Below, in pieces: positions 22,701 through 34,543 of a stretch of DNA of 64,000 bases. The notes beneath the pieces are model-generated. The model made no database searches and was not told the origin of the DNA. It was given only the letters and a program-made list of their open reading frames with translations. Position numbers and translations under genes: made by a program. Source of the stretch: Plasmodiophora brassicae (taxonomy: Eukaryota). How positions within the stretch are numbered: position 1 is the first letter of the stretch; the number at the start of each line of letters is the position of its first letter. The DNA is taken from positions 124,001 to 188,000 of the forward strand of contig CP145425.1 of assembly GCA_036867785.1 (NCBI GenBank), given 5' to 3'.

Positions 22701-23514
22701 CTAGCGATACAGATAGTCAGCGGCGATGTTCTGAGCAATTTCCGTTTCCTGAATGAACGGTATTAGCCATAACGTTGTGATCAGCAAACATTGCAGGGAA
22801 TGCTACCCATTTATCGCCGTTGGCAAGCAGCTTCTCCTTGTTGTACAGAAGTTCTTCATGCGTCGCCGTTGCGAACTGTACGTAACGTTCAGAAGACATA
22901 GGGCGCCAGCGATATTCCCTGTTCACCTCGAAATTGGGCCCCTCGACAATGGCGTCTACCGGGCATGCCTCTTGGCACAAGCCGCAGTAGATGCATTTCG
23001 TCATGTCGATGTCGTAACGGGTCGTGCGACGACTGCCGTCCTCACGAGGTTCGGCTTCGATTGTGATCGCCAGGGCAGGGCAGACTGCCTCGCAGAGTTT
23101 GCACGCGATACAACGTTCCTCGCCCGACGGGTACCGGCGCAAGGCATGTTCGCCGCGGAAACGGGGCGACAGCGGCCCTTTCTCGAACGGGTAGTTGATC
23201 GTCACCTTCGGGCTCAGGAAGGCCTCGAACGTAACCGCGGCACCTCGAATCATGTCAGTAAAGAACATGGACGCCGCCGTCTTATCCATGACTGAACGCA
23301 CACGCACGCAGTCAGCAGCAGGCGGACATCATCGGGGGGTGCCCCGATCCCATCACGGACGTTCGCCCCACGACATCGCCATCCACGGTTGCGGTGCCTC
23401 GGGCGGCGGCGCCTTGCGAACCAGCGCCGGCGCCGCCGCCGGCGCCGACTTTTTCGCCAGCGCGTCGCTCAGCAGGCGACGACCCGGCACCCATCGACGG
23501 CGCACCGCGAACAT
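22701..23514 (-). CDS. NDUFS8: NADH:ubiquinone oxidoreductase Fe-S subunit 8 (TYKY)
   Basis: [69 protein letters not shown], with an Arg-rich presequence. Introns present. Confidence 0.98.
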
Positions 23515-23840
23515 CCTGCTCCAACCCAGCTGAAGCGCCGCCGTACGAATTCTTCCAGTCACACTCACACTCACGCCACGATCGGGCGGAGTTCTCCCCC
23601 GATTTTTGGGCCGCATGCGAGGCGCTCCCCTCCGCACGGTCGATTCTGCAGCTTGCGAGTCCCGCCCCAGTCGCGGATGGTTCGCTCGACTGTGCGGCTT
23701 GCGCGCTCCCCCCCCTCAACTGTGTGCACCGTGCCAGTTCTGCTTTTGGAGCGCCGAACGCCGCCGTCGGCCTGCGCGTCCCGACTGTTGCCGGTGCCGT
23801 CGACTTCGTAGTCGGATTGTGTTGGTGCCGGGTTCGGGTG

Positions 23841-24773
23841 ATGACGACGTCGTCGCGGTTGGCGACGGCGATCGACGCGGTCCAGATGGGGTATATCAAG
23901 GCGGCGCAGCCGTACCGCGAGCAGAAGGATGCCTCGCTGATCGAGATCGCCGTGTTCCAGCTGTGGGCGGGTCGTCTTCTCCAGGTGAACCGGGCGTCGG
24001 GCACGTCTACCGTCGTCGATCTTGGCTGCGCCTCCGGGTACCCGGTTGCCGGTACGTAGCGCTATCGGTATAGCGCGCCAGAGCCAGGATGACCCTGATT
24101 GATCCTTCTGTCACAGCGTATGTGCTGGATATGTTAAAACTCGACTATGTGGGTATCGACCTTTGCCCGCACCAGATCGAGCTGGCCTGCCGGGAATTCC
24201 CTGAGCATGTGGAATGTTTCCGACGTGCAGAGATGCTGGAATACGTCGACAGTGTACCGAATGGGTCGTTGGCGGGCGTTTGCGCGTTGTTTTCCGTCTT
24301 TCATTTGCCAAGAGCAACCCACACGCGCCTGTTTGATGGGATCCTTTCTGCATTGTGCCCTGGCGGTGTACTTTTGATCACTGTCTCGCCCGATGCGAGC
24401 GAGTATTACGAGACCGACTTCTTTGGAGCAAAGGTAGGGTCCGAGCGTCTATTCTGGTCCAGTGGTGGCTGACCTTTGCCGCGCCTACCCAGATGTATTA
24501 TAGTCAGTTCTCGGCGGAATGGTACGAGCTAACATTGACTCAGCTCGGGTTCGAGATGATCGCCAAGCAGATGCATACGATGTCATCGCTCGGCGAGCCG
24601 CAGGCAACCTGGTCGTTGCGATTGTGATGCGTATCGTGCTTTGCGATCCTCATTCGTGTCTGTTCAGGTATATGCTCTTCTCTAAGCCCGGCGATGCGGA
24701 TACATCCATCTTTCTGAGCGATCCTGGCGAATCTGTATCGTCGTTCGACGACTGGAACGCCGGTATAATATAA
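23841..24773 (+). CDS. Class I SAM-dependent methyltransferase
   Basis: VVDLGCASGYP, VGID, SVFHLPR and ALCPGGVLL motifs. Multi-exon, head-to-head with NDUFS8. Confidence 0.85.
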
Positions 24774-24799
24774 TGCCCGTTTATGAACTCAGATCAGCT

Positions 24800-25420
24800 T
24801 CACGTGCGCGCGCCGGTTATCGAACCTTGTCTTTGCTTGCCATGGTGACCGCTAGTGGGAACGCCTTTTTCCAACACTGTCGGAAATGAGACGTCGCGCT
24901 CGCGGGTACGATCGCTGCTCTGCAGGTCCAGATGGCCGCGCTCGAGGACGCCATCGCGGCCAAGGACGTGGCTCATAACAGTCACTGAACTCGAACCGCA
25001 ACGATGACGCCATATACGGCCTGAAGCTTGTACTCCGAAGAGCAGTTCGTCGTTTTCACGTCGATGACCGAATTAGCAAGAAGCAAGTTCCCGGAGAGTC
25101 CAGACGAGAACCACGATCGAGCTACTTCAGACGGCAGAAACCGCAGTTTCCCAGGGATGCACAACCGAAACTGGATGTCGAGACGCATCTGCGAATTGAC
25201 GTCTCTGATGGTGCCGATGGGCATCGAGTCCCTGGCCATGATATGGACATGCTAGTATGCCCATGATCCTATGCATGTATTCTGTATGCGTGTCATCCCG
25301 CGTTTGCTGAGGTGCTTTGGTTCCCCAATTGTAGACTGAATGGTGGTGACGGCATCTGACAGGCCAGCCAGGACTTTTGCCATGGCGACGGTTCCAAACC
25401 GCTGGCGCATCGCTCTTTGA
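24800..25420 (-). pseudogene. Degenerate paralog of the 20199-21313 gene
   Basis: MAKVLAGLSDAVTTIQST versus MALLLAGVSDAVTTIRPT, and PIGTI versus PTIGTI. The upstream DNA is also similar. Frames are broken. Confidence 0.45.
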
Positions 25421-26010
25421 AGATGATGAAAATAATCAGAAATGAGGACGAATCCTGCGGCCTGCGGGGCGTTCCTCCACCCCCGCACAATCCAGAAGTG
25501 CCTTGGCGCCGTGGCGTGGCTCTCTCGGAAGAACGATATTAGGGCACAAGGGTAGTCATGTATCCGAACAAGCTGCGAAATTTGGTGCAACTCCAGAAGC
25601 CGTGTTGGAGGCGATAACTAAATTGTGTTTTGCCACAGCTGGTCGACATGTGTGGTAGAAGAGTGTGCGAATAATTAAGCACGCGTGACCAGGCGAGATT
25701 GGAGCGATTCGGCGCTGCTCGCGGAAGATGGGAACGTTCTGAAGGGATGCCCGTCTTGCCCTCAAGTATGGCTGCATGGCGCGTAGTGGCCGACATGGTG
25801 ACGGGCGGCACTCGCGTACTGTACATAGTACTGCAATGCAGCCAGAGTACGCGTGAGGAAACGACGTGTCAGTGCCACTGTGCTTCGCGGTAGGGCGCGC
25901 GCGCGCGCAGCCATGCTGGGTTCCTCGTCGGCTGCGATCCGCACCCTTCAGCAGACGTCATTTCGAATTGCGTCTCCCTTCGCGCACATCACGTTCGACC
26001 CATCGTGCCA

Positions 26011-27534
26011 ATGACCACCTTGCTCACCAATGTCGTTATCGTGGCCGTTGTCTTTACCGCCGTCGCGGCCCAAGTAAGCACCGCTCCGACGCCAAAGCCC
26101 AGCAACACTTCATCACCGACTCCAGCGCCAACTACGCTGTCGTCGCCCACCCCGGCCCCAACTTCAGTGTCTTCGCCTACCCCGGCGCCAACTTCAGGGC
26201 CTCCGACTAGCCCAGCACCAACGACCGCTTCTTCGCAGACCCCGGCGCCGAGTACAGCGGGCTCGCCCACGCCAGCGCCTACGGCCGTTCCTTCAACTAC
26301 CCCAGAGCCAACGGTCGTTTCTCCGCCAACGCCAGCGCCGAGCACATCTTATTCGCCCACCCCAGCGCCAACTAGAGCGTCTTCGCCTACCCCAGCGCCA
26401 ACACCAGCGGGTCCTGGAATCACGTCGACTCCGGCGCCGACACCAGCAAGCACTGGTAACGTCCCGACCCCAGCGCCAACGCCGGCCAGCACGGGCAACA
26501 CCTCATCGCCAGCACCAACGCCAGTGTACGCCCCGACGCCAGCGCCAACGCCAGCCAGCACGGGCAACACCTCATCGCCAGCACCAACACCAGCGTACGC
26601 ACCGACCCCAGCGCCAACGCCGGCTAGCACGGGTAACAGCTCATCGCCAGCACCAACACCAGCGTATGCCCCAACACCAGCACCAACACCAGCTAGCACG
26701 GGCAACACCTCATCGCCAGCACCAACGCCTTCCAGCTCCGGCAATACCTCATCGCCATCGCCAACGTCAGCCAGCACGGGCAACACCTCATCGCCAGCAC
26801 CAACATCAGCGTATGCCCCGACGCCAGCGCCAACATCAGCCAGCACAGGCAACACCTCAACGCCAGCACCAACGCCTTCCAGCTCTGGCAGTACTTCATC
26901 GCCATCGCCAGCCCCAACATACGCCTCGACCCCAGCACCAACGCCAGCGTATACCAAGACGCCAGCACCCACGTCAACGAGTGTGACTCCCTCGCCAACG
27001 ACAACCCAAGCACCGACACCGTTCCCGTCTACTCAGTCTACGTATGCTCCAACGGCTGGGGCGCCCACGACCACAGCCCGCGCGCATTGCATGGCAACGC
27101 CCAAGCCGTGCCCAAACCAGACCTGGCTCGTGTTCACGTGCTACGATGGCGTTATCGTCGGTGGGGCGAAAACCCGGTCGAACCGGGCAGAGCTGCTGGT
27201 GGCGCACAACGGGACGCAGGCGATCACGACTGTCCCGTCAGCCGGCAAGGCGTACACGAACACCAGCGCCTGCTCACCCGTCTTCTTCGTCTACAACACG
27301 ATGACGGGCGTTCTGGAGACGTCGTTGACCGAGACGTCCACGTTCGTGAACGTCTCGGTGAAGACCAGCCCCGACCTCAGGGACGTGTACGTCCTGGCAA
27401 GCGACCCATCGCCCGAGGCGGATATCGTCGCGCTGCTGTTCTCCAGTTACGCGCGCTTCATCAAGTCCGGCCTCTGGAAAGTGCCCGCACGCGCCAGGTA
27501 CGACGCTCTCGTGGCGTTCTTCCACGCCGCGTGA
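26011..27534 (+). CDS. Secreted Pro/Thr/Ser-rich mucin-like protein with a globular C-terminal domain
   Basis: Signal peptide MTTLLTNVVIVAVVFTAVAA, about 330 aa of PTPAP repeats, then a Cys-containing C-terminal region of about 150 aa. Intronless. Confidence 0.85.
   Translation: MTTLLTNVVIVAVVFTAVAAQVSTAPTPKPSNTSSPTPAPTTLSSPTPAPTSVSSPTPAPTSGPPTSPAPTTASSQTPAPSTAGSPTPAPTAVPSTTPEPTVVSPPTPAPSTSYSPTPAPTRASSPTPAPTPAGPGITSTPAPTPASTGNVPTPAPTPASTGNTSSPAPTPVYAPTPAPTPASTGNTSSPAPTPAYAPTPAPTPASTGNSSSPAPTPAYAPTPAPTPASTGNTSSPAPTPSSSGNTSSPSPTSASTGNTSSPAPTSAYAPTPAPTSASTGNTSTPAPTPSSSGSTSSPSPAPTYASTPAPTPAYTKTPAPTSTSVTPSPTTTQAPTPFPSTQSTYAPTAGAPTTTARAHCMATPKPCPNQTWLVFTCYDGVIVGGAKTRSNRAELLVAHNGTQAITTVPSAGKAYTNTSACSPVFFVYNTMTGVLETSLTETSTFVNVSVKTSPDLRDVYVLASDPSPEADIVALLFSSYARFIKSGLWKVPARARYDALVAFFHAA
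26440..26960 (+). repeat. Coding tandem repeat, 69-bp (23-aa) unit
   Basis: The unit STGNTSSPAPTPAYAPTPAPTPA repeats. The anchor AGCACGGG occurs at 26488, 26557, 26626 and 26695. Confidence 0.85.
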
Positions 27535-27828
27535 CACATCCCGGTACTCCAATCCCGCTCGGACATACCTGCCCATGAATCAAGCAATACTAAAGCATCG
27601 GAGGTGAACGGTCGTTTCTAAAACGGGGCACACTCGGCCACGCCCCACAGCCGAGCAGCAAAATATTGCGGGAAGACGGGCGACGATTTGGGGCTTTGCG
27701 TTTTGGCCGCCAACGTTGATCGAGATTGCCGGTCCCACTGCGATTCGTTGGATTGGACCGCTGGCGAGGCGGCCGTTCCTAGCGACGGCACCGGGCGCTT
27801 CCAGACGCGGGGGTGCCGCCGGTATCGC

Positions 27829-30540
27829 ATGGGCGCCGAACGCAATGGGCTATGTCCGCACCTGGAGGGTGCGCAGGTCGACTCGCGGGCCCTGCTTCTG
27901 CAGTTCCTGCACAAGGTTCGCCCCCCGCGCAATGTTCGCCGCCGGACGCGTTCGCTGATCGGCTGTGCTATTAGTGTCGAGAATCGGGAGACCTGAATGT
28001 CTGCAGCGATTGTAAACAGACTGTACCCGAAGGCCAGACGTTTCTTTGCCTTCAGGTTGGGCGGATCGTAATTCGGCAGGGCGTACGAGAACTCACCGAT
28101 CGGCTCAGTGTTACCCGTCGGATGTTGCCCGCTGTGGGCGATCCTTGAACAAGGACGCGATGAAGCATGCGCAGGAGGCCAACCACCAAGTCAGCATCAA
28201 TACTGCAACGTCCGCGCTGTGGTGCTATGCCTGCGATGACGAGGTCTTTTTCAACGCGTACGCATTGCCAGCTTGCCACGATACGCCTGTACGTGATACG
28301 TGCGACATTACAGGAATGTTGCCGATGAAGACGACGAGGACGGTGACGGCGTTCTGGTTTCCAGAGATAAGTCGCCCGAACGACGTCCCTCGGCTCGAGA
28401 AAGCCCCAATCCGATCACGAGGCTTCTCGAAAGGAGGGGATACAGAGGTGCATATGACAAGTGCTGCAGGCAATGCAGGTCGTACTGATGAAGTCTAAAG
28501 GCGACGGATCGTGGAGGTTTACGTCGAACGTCTCTGGAGGTCGTACTGGGTTTGCCAACCTCGGCAATACGTGCTACCTGAATTCCGGCCTGCAAGCGAT
28601 CATTCACGTTCCTCAAATAATCGCCATATTTGGCCAGCAGCGTGTATGTCGAGCCTTGCATTGTTCTGCTGAATTAGGTAGATCTGACCGCCTTCCATCA
28701 GTTCCTGAGTCCCTCGTTCACCACAGGCACGCGGTATGAACGCCTTCTAGTCGCTTTTGCCATTTTGATTACAAAGGTGGGTAGCATGATGTCCTGCCGC
28801 GGCTTCCGGTGCTGACTCGACCCGTCCAGGTCTGGGAAGGCGCCTATGAGGTCTGCGTGCCAAGAGATTTCGTCCGCGAACTTTGCATGTTAAATCCCGT
28901 GTTTCGTGGCTATGACCAGCAAGATACGCAGGAATTCCTGCGATGTCTCGTCGATGCTCTCCACGAGGCCCTGAAACACAGGGCGCCTATACCTCCTCCG
29001 CCAGATGAACCTGACCGTGTCGCCGCCGAAGATCGCTCCCTGGTATCGGATCTTTTCCAAGGGTTGCTGCTGTCGCAGGTCACGTGTGGGGTCTGCGGGA
29101 ACGTGTCGGAAGTCTACGATCCGTTCATGGACCTGTCGCTTGAAATTCCTACCAAGCAACAACTGAAACGACTGTCGGATGCATTGCCTAATGAGTCCTC
29201 GAAGACCTCTCTTGGCGTCCTGGGCTCCTTCCTGAGCACGCTCTCGTGGTCGTCGCCGAATATGACTCTTGAGCAATGCCTACATTCCTTCTGCTCCCGA
29301 GAGTCCCTTGTCAAGCTTGACCAGTATAAGTGCGAAAATTGCAATCTCAAGGTCAACGCCCACAAGGTTCTGTCGATTGGGCGCTGCCCTGAAATCTTGA
29401 CACTGCACATTAAGCGATTCGCACACAATTCGTACTGGGGGTCTAAGCTGTCCACTCCCGTGGAGTTGCCTCTGCGAGGCCTGGACCTTTCGCCGTTCAT
29501 CAAGAAGACTCGCCCGAATGCACAGGCGCACGACGCACCTCCTGTGTACGACCTCGTGTCTCTGGTTCGGCACATTGGTTCTGTCAACGGGGGCCACTAC
29601 ATTGCCTATGCGAAGCATCACCTGACTGGCCAGTGGTACGAGTTCGACGACCGTAGTGTGACGGCCGTTGCAGAGAACGACATCGTATCTCAAGAGGCGT
29701 ACATACTTCTGTACGCCAAACGACCTCCCCAGTCCAAGGACCCCAGGCCCTTTGACGCCTTCATCGAAAGGTCGTTGGCGCTCAAAGACGATGACACGTC
29801 GCGCTCCGACGTGTTCCTGTCGCTGTACTGGCTCAAGAAGGCCGAAGTAAGGCCTCGGCACAGCGTCGTGTGGATCCGCTGGTGCTGACCTCGTGCACGT
29901 AGATTCTGTCGCACCCGGGTCCAATCGACAACTGGAGCCTGTGCTGCGAACATGGTGTCCCGCGTGAAGGCGATCCTTCGGACGAGAAGGCACTTCGAAT
30001 ATCATCGACGGCGTACGACTCGCTGGTTGATAAGTTCGGGGGCGGCCCCCGAGTCGATGCGAAAGCGGAGGGATTTCCCGCGTCCGACTGCTCCAAGTGC
30101 CTTGCTGGTCGGAGAAAGCTTGAGAAGCGGTACTTTCGTGCGTGTCTTCTGGTGCGCGTGGGACTAACGTCGCCGTCATCCTTACAGTCGTATATCCATT
30201 CTTGACAACGACAGCACCGTCACGCGAGTATATTATTTAATTGCAGAGCAATGGCTCGCATCGTGGCGCGACTTCATCTCTGGAGGTACCGGCGTCGTGC
30301 TGTTTGGTACTGGCGATTTCAAGAGCTGACTTCTCTTTCCAAGGACCGTTGCCCGGTCCCATAGACAATTCCGTTCTTCTCGAGGAGGACGGCGAGACAC
30401 CCAAGCCCGGCTTGGCGGTTGCCAAAGACTACCGTGGTGTTGGCGTTTCTGTCTGGAGAGAGTTCGTGCGACTCTACGGTGGCGGGCCCGCCATCGTCCG
30501 ACACTCCATTGACCTATACGAGCCTACTGCGAAAGACTGA
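27829..30540 (+). CDS. USP20/33: Ubiquitin-specific protease, USP20/33-like (zf-UBP, USP catalytic domain, two DUSP domains)
   Basis: CPHL..LWCYACDDEV zinc finger, Cys box GFANLGNTCYLNSGLQ, QQDTQEF, His box HIGSVNGGHY, and two PGPIDN..YGGGP DUSP motifs. Confidence 0.93.
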
Positions 30541-30572
30541 TCCCCCCATCATAAATTATAGAGCGAAGTTCC

Positions 30573-31412
30573 CTAACGTATTGCACGAGGAGGCAGGCCT
30601 GTTGACAACGCAACGCCAGGCGGTGCGTGCTCAGGACGGGATACCGGCACGGGGCTGGTGTCGTGGACGACCTGGGTCGTGCGACGATGCGGTACACTGA
30701 CGACGCATGACTGCAGAAGGTCCACGTCGGCGTGGGAGATGTCAAACGCCTCACCAAGCACAGCAAGAAGGGCGTCCTCGAACGCGGCCCGGTCCGCGAT
30801 ATAACCTGACAGGCCCGTGACAAAGTCGTGATGATCTCTGCCGTTCCTGTACACTGGTTGCCGTTCGGGATGCTTCAGGTACTGCTGCATGGCGTCCTGA
30901 TTGACGTTCCAGAGAAACGACGTGTGATGCACCCAGCGACGACCGCTGATGGTCTGCGCATTGCCAGCGACCTTTCTTTGGCCGACACAGTAGTCGTTCT
31001 CTACCAGCGACAGGCTCGCGCTGCTGCATCGCCTCATAACCTGCTCGTACAGGCCGGCGCTCCAGCTCATGATCGACTTGGGGAACGGGTCCGCGATCGA
31101 ATCCCCGGCGACAAAGCTGACCATGATGGCGTTCTCGTCAATGTAGACGGTACCGCCTCCGGTAAACCGCCGTATGACCCGGACGTTATCGCGCTTCGCG
31201 TTCTCGGCATGCACGAGCCGGTCGACGACGCCGCTGGTCCCGACGACAACCGTCGACTCGGACGGCAACGGGCGATTCACGACCACATAGTTGCGGTCGC
31301 AGTCGCGGCGGTCACCCAGGACGCGGTGCAGGGCCTCCTCGATCCGCAACTGCTCCAGCAGGCAGCGCGACCCCAAATCGAGAAGGCCGACCTGGGGCCG
31401 CCGCCTGACCAT
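30573..31412 (-). CDS. Lipoate-protein ligase A / BPL-LplA-LipB family protein
   Basis: QLRIEEAL, VIRRFTGGGTVYID, ENDY..RKVAGNAQ..RWVHHTSFLW and YR.GR.H.DF motifs. Intronless. Confidence 0.92.
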   Translation of the reverse strand: MVRRRPQVGLLDLGSRCLLEQLRIEEALHRVLGDRRDCDRNYVVVNRPLPSESTVVVGTSGVVDRLVHAENAKRDNVRVIRRFTGGGTVYIDENAIMVSFVAGDSIADPFPKSIMSWSAGLYEQVMRRCSSASLSLVENDYCVGQRKVAGNAQTISGRRWVHHTSFLWNVNQDAMQQYLKHPERQPVYRNGRDHHDFVTGLSGYIADRAAFEDALLAVLGEAFDISHADVDLLQSCVVSVPHRRTTQVVHDTSPVPVSRPEHAPPGVALSTGLPPRAIR

Positions 31413-31649
31413 GTCTGGCCCGCCCCGTGGTCGCGAGCAACGACCGCAACCTGCACAAAAAAACGTCGGCCGGCAGCCTCTGTTTTGTCCGACACAAGTG
31501 GGGGACGGCCACCGAGACCGACGACAGACAGATGCGATCGTTTTTGGCGGCGGTCGTGACGGCCATTTTGCGCGGGAGAGGCCGCCGCCCGGCACAGCCT
31601 GTGCGAAGAGGTCGTCGGGTGCAGCGGGGGCGGCGTTCGCGTGTGGCCG

Positions 31650-32924
31650 ATGTCGATCGCCGAGCTCGATGGATACATTGAGAAGCTGCTGAAGTGCGAG
31701 TACCTGACGGAGGACCAGGTGGCCACGCTCTGCAATAAGGTTCGGGGCGAGCGGATCTGTGCCCCGTCGCTGGCCCCCCGCTGATCCGCGTTTGGGCAGG
31801 CCCGCGAGGTGCTCATACACGAGTCCAATGTCCAGCCGGTGAAGTGCCCGGTGACGGTCTGTGGCGATATCCATGGTCAGTTCCATGACCTTATGGAATT
31901 GTTCCGCATCGGCGGCAACGCGCCCGACACGAACTATCTGTTCATGGGCGACTACGTCGACCGCGGGTATTATTCCGTCGAGTCGGTCTCGCTGCTCGTC
32001 GCACTCAAGGTCGGTTTCATCCGCCTGTCGGGCGTGCCGCTCGCGCGCTCACTGATTGCCCCGGCAGGTTCGATTCCGGGAGCGGATAACGATCCTGCGA
32101 GGGAACCACGAATCGCGACAGATCACGCAAGTGTATGGGTTCTACGACGAATGCCTGCGCAAATATGGCAATGCCAACGTGTACGTCGTTCATAATGGAG
32201 GGGTTGGCCGTCCGATTTCGCGCCTGCTCCTAACAGTCTGTGTTATCGATAGGTGGAAATACTTTACGGATCTGTTTGATTTCCTGCCACTGACGGCGTT
32301 GATCGAGAAGCAAATATTCTGCCTGCACGGCGGCCTGTCGCCTTCCATCGACACATTGGACCATATCATGAATCTGGACCGCGTCCAAGAGGTGCCTCAC
32401 GAGGGCCCCATGTGCGACCTGCTGTGGTCCGACCCTGATGATCGGTGTGGCTGGGGTATATCACCTCGTGGTGCCGGCTATACGTTTGGGCAGGACATCT
32501 CGGAGCAGTAGGCCCTATATGTGTCACGTTGCCGCGAGCGTGTCGCTGACGCGGGGTCGTTAGGTTCAACCATACAAACGGGCTGACGCTCGTCTCGCGG
32601 GCACACCAGCTTGTCATGGAAGGATACAACTGGTGCCACGAGAAGAACGTCGTGACCATCTTCAGTGCGCCGAACTACTGCTATCGTATGGACGGTGGCG
32701 CCTCCACTGTGACCTCGTCGGGTACTCATGGCTGTTCCCACAGGCTGTGCGAACCAGGCGGCCATCATGGAGATCGATGAGCACCTAGAATATACGTTCC
32801 TGCAATTCGACCCTGCTCCGCGTCGAGGCGAGCCGCATGTTACGCGCCGCTGTCCAGGTAGACGCGACGTGGCTTGCCCGCTTCTGATGCCCAACTTAGT
32901 CGCCTCACAGACTATTTCCTATAA
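31650..32924 (+). CDS. PP2A-C: Serine/threonine protein phosphatase 2A catalytic subunit
   Basis: [34 protein letters not shown] and SAPNYCY motifs. C-terminus [16 protein letters not shown]. Confidence 0.98.
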
Positions 32925-33009
32925 CTCCTGCAACAACCTTCCCGTGCTCCAAATACAGTATTTGTTGCATAACTTGGGGCGCTCCATCGCACGGCGCATT
33001 CGCCGATGT

Positions 33010-34119
33010 TTAATATGCATCAGTGGGCCACACGACATGGTGTCGTGTCAGGGGCCGGGAGAACGCAGCCGTATCGGCAATGCGGTACATAACGCCCGCA
33101 TCCGCGAGGCCCGGGTCTCCTCGGCCACTGCCGTCCGCGTCAACGACGCCGATGTCGATGGCGATCGGATACGGCAGTTTGACCTTGAGGTCGGATTTCC
33201 CCTCTACCACGTACGTCAACAACGTAGCCAGCGCGTTACGATCGTGCGGGTCACGAAGTCCAATCTCGTCCAGTTCGACGAGGCCGTTCGCGTCCCTGGG
33301 TCGAGCCGCGAACGCGTACGCGATCATCTTCGACGACGCGTCGTACAGGCCGGCAGCGACGATGTCGCCCCGACGTTCGTGGCGCCGGGCGACCCATCGC
33401 ATCATGTAGGACAGGTTGCGAACGGTCGTGCCGTCGAACCGACTCGAGTATCCCGAGTAGATGTCGAGGACATCGTTGCACACGTCCGGGCGCCGAAGGT
33501 CCAGCGCCTTGCAGTGCACGTCGGGCGCAGGCAATACAGGGCGGATATCAACGGCTAGGAAGTCGGCCGGATACGCCTGCCACCCGAACCGACGGTAATG
33601 CCCAGCAGCGGACCGGGTGTGCAACGCCACGACCGATATGGGAGGCGTCTGCTTCTCAACGATGGACAGCGCATGCGAAATCAACCTGGACGACAGGCCT
33701 CGTGAACGATACTGGGCGCGTGTGGCCACCTCCGCCAGGCCGACCTGTGCAGGGCGCAGCGGTCAATCGCAGCACCGTTACGACACGACACTGTACGACC
33801 GTGTGGACAATCGTACCGCCGTTGATGTACACCTGACGAGGTACCAGGCGTAGCGAGGACGCAATCTGCCCGTCGACATCAATCACGAGGATGTCGCTGG
33901 GCGACAGCGCCGACAGGAACGGGTCGTCATTGACGTGCGACTCGAAATACGACCTCGGCTGCTTGCCGCCAAACACCTGGCGACGACAGCGGACATGAAT
34001 CCCCGGTTGCCGGGCCGATCCTCCCGGGTGGCCCCTACGTCGACGCACAGATCAACCCATCCCCCGAGATCGTCTCGCGTCAGCGACCGCACGTCGCCGG
34101 CGGTTGGCGGCGACGCCAT
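33010..34119 (-). CDS. GNAT-family acetyltransferase (Eis-like tandem GNAT)
   Basis: [19 protein letters not shown]..|[22 protein letters not shown] (acetyl-CoA motif A), YRRFGW and [12 protein letters not shown]. Two introns. Confidence 0.85.
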
Positions 34120-34231
34120 ATTTTCAGCGCCCCTGTCCGCTGGGCCGCTGCTGCCTCTAACGGCACCTGCACGAGGACATCGTGTGCCAGCTGGCCAATG
34201 GACGGGTACAGGGTCGCCCGCGTATACGGAC

Positions 34232-34384
34232 GTGCGTGAAGCAGCACTGCAGCTCCTCCCGTGCGTGCAGCTGCACTGCAGCTCCTCCCGTACGTGCAGC
34301 AGCACTGCAGTTCTTCCCGTGCGTGCAGCAGCATTGCAGCTCCTCCCCGTGCGTGCAGCAGCATTGCAGCTCCTCCCCGTGCGT
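34232..34384. repeat. Minisatellite, about 5.2 copies of a 29-30 bp unit, in a divergent intergenic region
   Basis: GTGCGTGCAGCAGCA(C/T)TGCAGCTCCTCCC(C) starts at 34232, 34261, 34290, 34319 and 34349. There are no spacers. Confidence 0.95.
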
Positions 34385-34543
34385 CAGGGCGACGCGTCGT
34401 CACGGCGTGGGCAGCAGCTCTACCTGCCGGTGTCCCGAAAATAGATCATGTTCCCGCCGGGCTGGCAGGGCGCGTGCTCTGAAATAGATCGCTGACGCTA
34501 TCGCCGGCCGGCAGTTTCGTTGAGGCCAGCCAGTCGGGTTGCC

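Noticed and set aside
30573-31886. 437-aa ORF as the full lipoate ligase
   Set aside because: The N-terminal extension overlaps PP2A exons on the opposite strand. Homology starts at ATG 31412.
34232-34384. CRISPR-like array of about 29-bp repeats
   Set aside because: Units are contiguous with no spacers, there are no cas genes, and the context is eukaryotic.
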